Virus record (IMG/VR): IMGVR_UViG_3300032283_000637
Span: 1 to 29,587 of that record
Direction: 5' to 3' (one strand)
DNA length: 29,587 nt
Source of the DNA: a virus
Lineage: Duplodnaviria; Caudoviricetes
The notes under the pieces: generated by a model
What the model was told of the DNA's origin: nothing
The model's input: the letters and a program-made list of their open reading frames with translations, nothing else
The model's database searches: none
Part shown: positions 22,113 to 29,587 of the stretch, in pieces
How the letters are laid out: each line of letters opens with the position of its first letter
How positions within the stretch are numbered: position 1 is the stretch's first letter
Made by a program: the position numbers and the translations under genes

Positions 22113-23055
22113 AGCAAGCTTGCAAGCCAAGCGTCAGGAACTTATGGCGATAGCGGAAAGCAAGGAGTTTTACTTAGCGAATGAGTGGCTCCTTGCTATT
22201 GAGCAGGTTAAGGACTTGATGACGCTAGACGCTTTGACGGTAGCGGTTATGAATAACGACGTTTACGCCATACAAAGGGCGTTTAATCCCGAAGCCGTGC
22301 AATTGAGGCTTAAAGGCTTTAAAGATGCGATGACTAACCACTATGCAACATCGGGCGTGCAGATTGCCAAGAATATAACCGTTTCAGGTGTGTACTTCAA
22401 CCAAGTAAACCCACGCCTTGCAAACGTGGTGAATACATGGACGAATACGCTTATCACGAATGAGACACAGGCAACGCTTCAAAGCATAGGAGCCGAGCTT
22501 TCTAGGTCTACACTTAGGGGGGTCAATCCGCTTCAAAGTGCAAGGGCAATAAGAGGCAGTATCGGCTTAACGCCTCAACAGGTAAAGGCGGTACAGAACT
22601 ATGAAGCCAAACTAAGGGCTGGTGAATCCGTCAGCAGTTACAGGCTTCGTGATAAACGCCTTACAAAGAAAGTTCTTAAAGAGGATGACATCATCAAGCG
22701 TGTGGATCGATACAGGCAAAAGCAACTTAAGTATCGGGCGGAAACAATCGCACGCACAGAAGCCCTACGCATGACGAACATGGCGAATCAACACATTTAC
22801 GATAATGCTATTGAAGAGGGGAGTATCGGGGCGAATGATTATCGCCGTTATTGGGTGCCACGGCGTGATAGCAAAACAAGGGACGCACATTTAACCTTGC
22901 CTAGCATGAATAAGGACGGACGAGCCATTAACGAGCCGTTTATCAGCTCATTGGGGCGGATTATGTACCCTCACGACCCCCAAGCGTCCACAGGCAACAC
23001 GGTAAATTGTCGTTGCGTCGTTATTTACGCCTTGCAGGCATCCGCTTTTCTCTAG
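22099..23055 (+). CDS. head morphogenesis protein (SPP1 gp7 / Mu gpF family)
   Basis: RAETIARTE, W...D.KTRDAH, YP.DP, NCRC; exact start uncertain (22084-22102). Confidence 0.88.
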   Translation: MMPSEASLQAKRQELMAIAESKEFYLANEWLLAIEQVKDLMTLDALTVAVMNNDVYAIQRAFNPEAVQLRLKGFKDAMTNHYATSGVQIAKNITVSGVYFNQVNPRLANVVNTWTNTLITNETQATLQSIGAELSRSTLRGVNPLQSARAIRGSIGLTPQQVKAVQNYEAKLRAGESVSSYRLRDKRLTKKVLKEDDIIKRVDRYRQKQLKYRAETIARTEALRMTNMANQHIYDNAIEEGSIGANDYRRYWVPRRDSKTRDAHLTLPSMNKDGRAINEPFISSLGRIMYPHDPQASTGNTVNCRCVVIYALQASAFL

Positions 23056-23108
23056 TGACCAACAAAAGCGATTTTAAAAATGTTAATGTAATAACGGAGG
23101 TTCTTAAT

Positions 23109-24167
23109 ATGGATTTTGTACTTGATTTAGAAACCAAACTATCCGCCGATAAACGTAAGGTTTACGGATGGGGGAATGTGGCTACTAAAAATGGGATGCC
23201 TGTTATTGACCAAAAAGGGAATCACATTCCTATCGAAGTATTAGACACCGCCGTCAAGTCTTTTATGGCGGACGGTGGGCGTGTCAACTTCAACCACGAA
23301 GGCATGAATAACCCACAGCGTGGGGTGGTGTCACAGTCATTTGTACTCAAGAGCGAAATGGCACAAGCACTAGGTATGCAAACCGACCGTGAAGGTTGGG
23401 CGGTTGAAATTGATGTGCAGGATGATGACGCTTGGCAAGTGGTGCAAAGTGGACTCATTAAAGGACTTTCACTAGGGGGGACAAGCAAAATCCTAACTGG
23501 TGAAGAAGAGATTAAACGCTTAAGCAAGGATCCAAACGCTCCCTTTGAGGATGTGCGTTTGGTGACCGAATTGAGCATCCAAGAACTAAGCCTTGTATTC
23601 GCTCCTGCGAATCAGTTTAGTGATGTTACCCTAGTTCTGAATAAGGAGGAACCTATGAATCAGGACGAACAAAACAAACGGTTGGAGGAATTGCAAAAGC
23701 AAGTCACCCAGCTATCGAGTGAAAAGCAGGAGCTAGAATTGAAGCTATCTGCTTACGAGTCCCCAAAGGTTGTGATGACCGCCGAATTGGCATTGTCTCA
23801 ACTAGATGGCGACGCTCAAGCGGTACTTAAGCAAGCTTTAGCACAGGCAGAGGAAGCAAAAGCGACCCTTGCTAAGCATGAGCAGGCTTTGGCATTATCA
23901 AACGCTAAGGAAGAGATTGCTTTTCTTGGTGGTGAAGATGACGCTCAAACCGCTATCGCATTGGGTTTGCTTCAAGCAGGCGAGCATCGTAAAGCCATTG
24001 TGCTTGCGATGAAAGGGCTTGCGGATGAAGTCGAATCCGTAAAAGGTGCGGTTGCTTTGAAGCTTGGCAAGATGCCCAAGGCTTCTAAGGATGCCGAAGA
24101 CAAGCCTTCTGCGAATATGGACGATGTTAAGAAGAAGTTTAAAGCTTTAAGTGGAGGTGCTAACTAA
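23109..24167 (+). CDS. prohead protease (XkdF-like) fused to scaffold coiled coil
   Basis: VYGW, D..G, N.NH, W..V.SG..KGLSLGG, ELSLV..PAN; helical C-terminal half; ATG 23109 after SD GGAGG. Confidence 0.85.
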   Translation: MDFVLDLETKLSADKRKVYGWGNVATKNGMPVIDQKGNHIPIEVLDTAVKSFMADGGRVNFNHEGMNNPQRGVVSQSFVLKSEMAQALGMQTDREGWAVEIDVQDDDAWQVVQSGLIKGLSLGGTSKILTGEEEIKRLSKDPNAPFEDVRLVTELSIQELSLVFAPANQFSDVTLVLNKEEPMNQDEQNKRLEELQKQVTQLSSEKQELELKLSAYESPKVVMTAELALSQLDGDAQAVLKQALAQAEEAKATLAKHEQALALSNAKEEIAFLGGEDDAQTAIALGLLQAGEHRKAIVLAMKGLADEVESVKGAVALKLGKMPKASKDAEDKPSANMDDVKKKFKALSGGAN

Positions 24168-24553
24168 TGGTTGCATATGAATATGGTGCTTCTCCAGTTG
24201 TGAGACAGATTCTTACGGCTGGTGGTGCAATTACAACTGCCGATGTAGGAAAGGCATTAGTCTTTTCTAGTGGCAAGGTAATTCTCAACACAACCGCTGG
24301 CGGTCGTGTAATTGGTTTGGTCGGTAATGTGCAAAGTACATTAGCAGACGGCGACTCTGTAGAAGTTGTTATGTTTGGCGAATGCCTTGGTCAGGGTGGA
24401 GCCGTGTTTGCACGTGGCGTCAACTTGATGAGTGCTAACGATGGTCAGCTTGTAGTGGCGACTTCCACCAACCAAGTGGTGGCGATTGCTTTGGAAGCAG
24501 GTACAGATGGCGGTTATAGCCGTGTATTGTTTAATCAACAAGGAGTTTTATAA
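24167..24553 (+). CDS. capsid decoration/cement protein (DUF2190-like)
   Basis: Gly/Ala/Val-rich, G..V.V...G, AIALEA; between protease and capsid. Confidence 0.7.
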   Translation: MVAYEYGASPVVRQILTAGGAITTADVGKALVFSSGKVILNTTAGGRVIGLVGNVQSTLADGDSVEVVMFGECLGQGGAVFARGVNLMSANDGQLVVATSTNQVVAIALEAGTDGGYSRVLFNQQGVL

Positions 24554-24556
24554 CAA

Positions 24557-25606
24557 ATGACGAACATTAACTACACTCCTATTTTAACGGAAGCGTCTTA
24601 CGTTCATGCAAAACAGGCAATGCCTTACACGCTTGAATTGATTTCGACACTTCCTTTTGTTCCTGTTTCTACGACGACTGGAACCATCATCAAGCCAAAC
24701 CTTGATGAACAGCGTCGTAATGATGTCCTTTCTAATCCTTACGGAACACCGATTGAAGCTCGCATCAGTGACACTTCAACGGTTGCCTTTACGACCGCAT
24801 CCTTTAACGACGCCGAGCGTTTGCTTGGTGTTGAAGGGATTAACGTCGGTGGATTAACCAGCGTTACCGCTCAGGAGCATATGTTGAACTTGGCGACAAT
24901 TACCGCCGAGCGTTCAGCCTTTAAGTTGATTAAAGGGTTTGCTAACGAGTTTATGAACGCTAACAACTATGGTTCAGGCTCTAAAACCGACCCCACAGAT
25001 TGGACGACGGCGACTACCGACTTGGTTAAACAAATTACCGATAAGGTGGATGAAGTTCAAAAAATCAGTGGTGCGGTTCCTGATACAATTATCGTCACTA
25101 AAGATGTTCATGCGATCATTCGTAACAACGTCAACGTGTTGGATGCTTTGGCAGGTTTTGGGGCTTCAACGTCTCAAGGATCTGAATTGGGAGCTTACCG
25201 TTTAGGCTTGAATAACTTTGCTCGTGTATTTGGTGTTCAAAACTATTTTGTTTTGGATGGCTCCTACAACGGTGCTGGTATTCGTGCAACGGCTTCTAAC
25301 GCTTGGATTGATACAAGAAAGCTTTTAATTGCTTGCTTAGGTCAAAACTTGTCGTTAAATGGTTCCACGATTCAAAACTACGGCGGTTTGGGTGTATGCC
25401 CTTACGTTGATGTAACCAGCTTAAGCAGTGCAGAGTACCGCATTGGTAACGGTAGCAACACGCTTCCTTTCCCTATTGTAACCCGCACTTCGTTTAATCC
25501 TGAAATTGCAGGCGGTGGTGAACACAGAATCATCTCCGAAGTCTTGGCAGGCTTTAAGATCATTGAGCCGTTATACGGTCACTTGATCCACAACGCAATC
25601 GCTTAG
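24557..25606 (+). CDS. major capsid protein (HK97 fold)
   Basis: 349 aa; P.VPV N-terminal motif, G..PDTIIV; position in head module. Confidence 0.85.
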   Translation: MTNINYTPILTEASYVHAKQAMPYTLELISTLPFVPVSTTTGTIIKPNLDEQRRNDVLSNPYGTPIEARISDTSTVAFTTASFNDAERLLGVEGINVGGLTSVTAQEHMLNLATITAERSAFKLIKGFANEFMNANNYGSGSKTDPTDWTTATTDLVKQITDKVDEVQKISGAVPDTIIVTKDVHAIIRNNVNVLDALAGFGASTSQGSELGAYRLGLNNFARVFGVQNYFVLDGSYNGAGIRATASNAWIDTRKLLIACLGQNLSLNGSTIQNYGGLGVCPYVDVTSLSSAEYRIGNGSNTLPFPIVTRTSFNPEIAGGGEHRIISEVLAGFKIIEPLYGHLIHNAIA

Positions 25607-25628
25607 CAGTGAATAAGGCAAGAATAAA

Positions 25629-25655
25629 GGGGTGTGGATACATTCACGCCCCCTT
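25629..25655 (+). terminator. hairpin after major capsid gene
   Basis: GGGGTGTGGA-TACA-TTCACGCCCC; short T tail, so probably partial terminator/stabiliser. Confidence 0.5.
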
Positions 25656-25672
25656 GTCTATGGAGGGATGTA

Positions 25673-26131
25673 ATGGGACGCAATCAAAAGTTTACTATCG
25701 ACTTTGATAAAGCCGTTGATGTGGCGATGAAAGACGCAGAAGCCATTTATTCGTTAGGGTGCGATATGATGTTTAACAGCATCATAGTAGGGAAGGACGC
25801 CCCCGATACGGTGGTTTCACACAGTGGAACACCAGTTGACACAGGCTTTGCTAGGGCGTCGTGGTGGAAGAATATCGGCGGTGTGGGGTCACATCCAAAC
25901 CAGCCCACAGAGGGCGAAAATGTATCAACAACATTGCAACCATTAGGCAAACTCAAGTTTACGGAAAAGGCGTATCTCGCCAATAACGCTCCTTATATCC
26001 TAGCGTTGGAATACGGGCACTCGGCACAAGCACGGAATCCCGACGGCATGATCCGCATTACACTTGCAGAGGCTCCCCGATTTTGGGAGCTTGCTAAGAA
26101 ACGTCTAGCATCAGAAAGGGGTTTTAGATAA
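25673..26131 (+). CDS. tail completion / neck protein (HK97 gp10-like)
   Basis: TPVDTGFARASW, NNAPYI..LEYGHS.QA..P.GM.R; ATG 25673 after SD GGAGG. Confidence 0.85.
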   Translation: MGRNQKFTIDFDKAVDVAMKDAEAIYSLGCDMMFNSIIVGKDAPDTVVSHSGTPVDTGFARASWWKNIGGVGSHPNQPTEGENVSTTLQPLGKLKFTEKAYLANNAPYILALEYGHSAQARNPDGMIRITLAEAPRFWELAKKRLASERGFR

Positions 26132-26541
26132 TGGAATACAACGCCTTAGAGATTGCCTTGCACACACGCCTTGCAACGGTGGTCACGACCGATTTAATCA
26201 AGTACCCTAACATCATTTATGACGACAGCCAAGAAACGGCAATATGGGTACGTCCGTCTATCCTGTTTGGTTCTGCTGAATCGGCGACACTTGGACGTGA
26301 CGGTTTAAACTTTGTGCGGGGGGTGTATCAAGTAAGTATATTTACCGCAATGAACACAGGCACAAAGCCTAGCAACGATTATGTGAAGCTGATACTGGAT
26401 GCCTTCCCAAAGGGTGAACGCCTTACATTTTCAGGAGGTGATATAATCATAGATGTAGGCTACCAGTCCACAAATATTTTAGAAGACAGTTATTTACACA
26501 CGCCTGTGACAATACCGTTCACGGCACACATGGAGGTTTAA
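26131..26541 (+). CDS. tail terminator protein
   Basis: YPN, WVR, G.YQVSIF.....G, F..G, PVTI.F; position before tail tube. Confidence 0.75.
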   Translation: MEYNALEIALHTRLATVVTTDLIKYPNIIYDDSQETAIWVRPSILFGSAESATLGRDGLNFVRGVYQVSIFTAMNTGTKPSNDYVKLILDAFPKGERLTFSGGDIIIDVGYQSTNILEDSYLHTPVTIPFTAHMEV

Positions 26542-26544
26542 TCA

Positions 26545-27441
26545 ATGCCATTCGCACAAGGTTCACGTTTTGATGTAGGGATGCAAATAGAAGCGACATA
26601 CGGCGTGGCTCCTGCTACTCCTACTTTGGTTGCTTTCCCTGTAACCAGTTTTGCTATTAACCCCACAAAAACAAACTTGATGTCTGAATCCTTCAGTGGT
26701 AATAGCCAACGTAATTTTCAACGGCACGGCAATTTGTCGGTTGCTGGTGATATGGGCTTTGAGTTTGCTGATTCTGATTTTGACACGTTCCTTGAAGGCG
26801 TTATGCAAAACGCTTTCAGTACAGGCGTATTGAAGCATGGCACCACGACACGCTCCTATCATATTGAAGGACGTGAAAACGACAACACCGATTATATTTT
26901 GGTGAAGGGTGCTATTTTTAACCAGTTGACGTTAAATATGTCTTTAGACGCCCTTGTGACTGGCACGGCGTCCATTGTGGGGCGTGACCTTGTTCCTAGT
27001 GGCACGTCTTTTGATGCCACGATGACTGCATCGTCTAACACATCACCCTTTACAGGGCATGAAGTGACCGTTAGCTGGAAAGGATCTACGTACAAAGCAA
27101 GCAGTGCGTCCTTGACGATTGCGAATAACTTTGAGCCAAACTTCATTCTTGGTTCAAAGTTAGCTGATTCGTTCTCTAAGGGCTTCATTGATGTAACAGG
27201 CTCTTTAGAGTTGTACGTTGAAAACATCACGTTATCGACGGATTTCTTGGATGAAGTCGAGGACGATTTAAGCTTTGTTATTTCTAACGGCACCGATAGC
27301 TACACGTTCTTGATGCCAAAGGTTAAATTAAGCAGTGCTGAAAAGAGCATTGCAGGGCAGGGTTCTATTATCGTAACGGCTGGATTTAGTGCCACTTACG
27401 ACAGTGGAGAAGCGACGACGTTGAAAATCACAAAAGCATAG
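26545..27441 (+). CDS. major tail (tube) protein
   Basis: E.TYG..P, V.GD..FE, LTI.NN, VTGSL..Y, YTF..P.VK motifs; no sheath gene, so siphovirus-type. Confidence 0.88.
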   Translation: MPFAQGSRFDVGMQIEATYGVAPATPTLVAFPVTSFAINPTKTNLMSESFSGNSQRNFQRHGNLSVAGDMGFEFADSDFDTFLEGVMQNAFSTGVLKHGTTTRSYHIEGRENDNTDYILVKGAIFNQLTLNMSLDALVTGTASIVGRDLVPSGTSFDATMTASSNTSPFTGHEVTVSWKGSTYKASSASLTIANNFEPNFILGSKLADSFSKGFIDVTGSLELYVENITLSTDFLDEVEDDLSFVISNGTDSYTFLMPKVKLSSAEKSIAGQGSIIVTAGFSATYDSGEATTLKITKA

Positions 27442-27451
27442 GGAGAAGATT

Positions 27452-27808
27452 ATGCGTTTAGGGGATATTAAAGCAAAGCAAGCCGTTTTTCAAGCGGTTG
27501 ATCCAGTGTATGGCGAAAAGATTGAAGATGTAAAGATCACGTTTAAGCCTCGTTCAGATGTGGAAGCTTACGAAAAGTTTAGCTTGCAGATTTCTGGCGG
27601 TGGACTTGATACAGCCGAAGGCATCGCTAAAGCCTTTTTTGGCATCCTTGAAAGTGGCAAAATGGGCGGTTACGAGTTCAACGCACAAGGCTTACAAGCG
27701 TTACTTGAAAGTCCCGATTCTGCTTTTATTGGCGAGCAGTTGGTGGGATTCTTTACGGATAAAAGCAATTTTTTTCAAGTAGCCAAGCCGAAGACGAAGA
27801 AAGCTTAA
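27452..27808 (+). CDS. tail assembly chaperone (gpG analogue)
   Basis: Between tube and tape measure; ends ..NFF on T TTT TTT slippery site. Confidence 0.8.
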   Translation: MRLGDIKAKQAVFQAVDPVYGEKIEDVKITFKPRSDVEAYEKFSLQISGGGLDTAEGIAKAFFGILESGKMGGYEFNAQGLQALLESPDSAFIGEQLVGFFTDKSNFFQVAKPKTKKA

Positions 27809-28146
27809 CGGCTTACGTCAAGTGGCTATGCGGTATGAGAAAAGTCCCAAAGGGTGGTAAGTGTACCGTATGGCAGACAATCCACCACAACGACCCTTCT
27901 AGTCTTGCCCTAGTGCCTCCAAAATGCCGTCATGGGTACTTATTCAGCGTCTACGACGAGATTTCATTTCATGGCAAGGATTACGGCATGGGTGGAGCAA
28001 GCCCCTTGAAGTGGACGGAGTTAGAGGCATGGCATCGCTTGTTTGGAGTGGCATACAATAGAGACGAGCTTAAGCTTATAATGGAGATAGACCGTTTAAT
28101 GATGACGCAGGAGGCTTCACAACATGATGATGGCGGACAATCCTAA
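27769..28146 (+). CDS. tail assembly chaperone -1 frameshift extension (gpGT analogue)
   Basis: -1 frame is open from T7 (27769-27775) into ORF 27835..28146; PL.W.EL.AW..L..EL..I..ID motif. Confidence 0.75.
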   Translation, partial: FFSSSQAEDEESLTAYVKWLCGMRKVPKGGKCTVWQTIHHNDPSSLALVPPKCRHGYLFSVYDEISFHGKDYGMGGASPLKWTELEAWHRLFGVAYNRDELKLIMEIDRLMMTQEASQHDDGGQS

Positions 28147-29587
28147 AATCATAGTGGAGACTAAAGCCGAAGGGGTTGCTAAGACCGAAAGCGACTTAAG
28201 GAAACTTAAGAACACAGCAGACGGTACGGCAAAGGCAAGCGATAAGGTCGTTGGCTCTTTTAGGATGCTGGGAGCCACATTGGCAACGCTTGGTATTGGA
28301 GTTATTGCTAAACAGCTAGCCGACACCGCCGACAAGATGCGTCTATTAGAAGCACGGACAATCAACGCAAGCAAAGGCATTGCACTAGGCACGCAGAACT
28401 TTGAAGCTTTAAAGAAGGTCGCCATAAGCACAGGGACGAGCCTTGAAGGCATCGTAACCGTCTTTCAAAGAATATCAAATACCAAGAACAGCATTGGTGC
28501 AACGAACGCCGAAATGCTGACGTTGACGGATACTGTTTCAAAACTTGGCGTATTGAGTGGAGCTAGTGGAGAAGCGATTAAAAACAGCCTAGTGCAGTTT
28601 TCGCAAGCAATGGCAGGCGGTATTGTGCGAGCCGAAGAGTTTAACTCCATTGTCGAGAATACGCCCGAGATTGCTATTAAAATTGCTGAAGGCTTAGGTG
28701 TGTCTATGGGTAAGCTTCGCCTTATGGTGATTGAAGGCAAGCTTCTTTCAAAGGACGTATTTGACGTACTCATCAAGCAGGCGGATGATGTCAACAAAGA
28801 GTTTGACAAAATGCCTATGACGTTTGGGCGGTTGAAGTCGCAAGCAGATATTACCTTTGCGTCTTTGGTGGCAGATATTGACAAGGCGACGGATGCAAGC
28901 GGTTCTTTATTGCGGTCGCTTGGTTTTATTTTAAAAAGTGTCGAAGCAAATAGGGAAGGTTGGATCGCATTAGGCAGTGGCATTGTTGTATTTTTTAGAA
29001 CGGTTGTAAACGTGGTGCAGGCGTTAATTCGTAGTGCATTGGGAGGGGTTTCTTTTTTAATTGAAGAATCCTTGCGTAAAATGCTGGAGGTGGGAAGAGC
29101 CGCCAATAACGTGGCAAAAATGGTGTCATTTGGGAAGCTTTCCGTCCCTACAGGCGGTTTAGAGCTTGCTTTAGATGTAGCCAAAACATCACGAAGAGGC
29201 TTCTTTAAGGATGCAGGCACGGACTTTAAACAAATCGGAAATGAGTTTAAAGTAAGACCGCCACAAGCACAAAGCCAGATCCCTAACGACACCAGAGGCA
29301 CAGTAGAAACGCCTTTAAGTAAAACAGGCAAGGGTAAAGGCAAGGCAAGCGGTGGAAAGTCAGAAGCACAACAGCAAGCCGATCAATACGCCGACGCACT
29401 TAAGGGCTTAAAGGAAAAAGCACGTGATGCCATGCTTGAAGTGCAAGGCATGGATAAGGCGATTCAAGCCTTGTCTAGCGGTGGCATTAAAGCCTACGAG
29501 GCACAGCTTAAGCAAAACGAAGGCTTAGGGCGTTACAACGAGCTTATGGGCGATTACTTAGGCAAGGGTAAACAAGAACTTGAACTG
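28124..29587 (+). CDS. tail tape measure protein (partial, runs off window)
   Basis: Absent from ORF track (no stop in window); hand translation MMMADNPKIIVETKAEG...LVQFSQAMAGGIVRAEEFNSIVENTPEIA..IAEGLGVSMGKLR tape-measure N-terminal motif; SD GGAGG. Confidence 0.92.
   Translation, partial: MMMADNPKIIVETKAEGVAKTESDLRKLKNTADGTAKASDKVVGSFRMLGATLATLGIGVIAKQLADTADKMRLLEARTINASKGIALGTQNFEALKKVAISTGTSLEGIVTVFQRISNTKNSIGATNAEMLTLTDTVSKLGVLSGASGEAIKNSLVQFSQAMAGGIVRAEEFNSIVENTPEIAIKIAEGLGVSMGKLRLMVIEGKLLSKDVFDVLIKQADDVNKEFDKMPMTFGRLKSQADITFASLVADIDKATDASGSLLRSLGFILKSVEANREGWIALGSGIVVFFRTVVNVVQALIRSALGGVSFLIEESLRKMLEVGRAANNVAKMVSFGKLSVPTGGLELALDVAKTSRRGFFKDAGTDFKQIGNEFKVRPPQAQSQIPNDTRGTVETPLSKTGKGKGKASGGKSEAQQQADQYADALKGLKEKARDAMLEVQGMDKAIQALSSGGIKAYEAQLKQNEGLGRYNELMGDYLGKGKQELEL

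Noticed and set aside
28117-29343. Long minus-strand ORFs (292 aa, 111 aa) and other antisense/overlapping ORFs in the track
   Set aside because: Shadows of the tape measure and other well-supported genes; no motifs or SD

Overview
The whole window is dsDNA tailed-phage DNA (siphovirus-type morphogenesis genes, standard genetic code). From left to right: (1) a rightward lysis cassette (holin-like peptide plus peptidase M15 endolysin); (2) a ~8.4 kb leftward operon of small accessory genes (ASCH, excisionase-type HTH, three tandem paralogs, small membrane proteins, a lytic transglycosylase, TM2 protein, SSB-like protein, tandem RHH regulator) with a ~400 nt structured leader that contains a non-canonical tRNA-like fold; (3) a divergent RusA-like resolvase unit; (4) two tandem promoter-hairpin-terminator small-RNA cassettes; (5) a leftward replication unit (DNA methyltransferase, helicase-primase fusion) next to an iteron-rich putative origin; (6) a stand-alone LHH-type HNH nuclease; (7) the rightward packaging/head/tail module, running off the end inside the tape measure gene. 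No integrase or CI-like repressor is visible in the window and the host cannot be determined. The most unusual signals are RNA-level: a G-GGA-AAG -1 frameshift that would fuse a membrane anchor to the transglycosylase, the tRNA mimic with an apparent compensatory U19-A56 elbow pair, and the duplicated sRNAs that are complementary to the leader of a gene 6 kb away. All family calls come from motif recognition by eye; no database searches were run.
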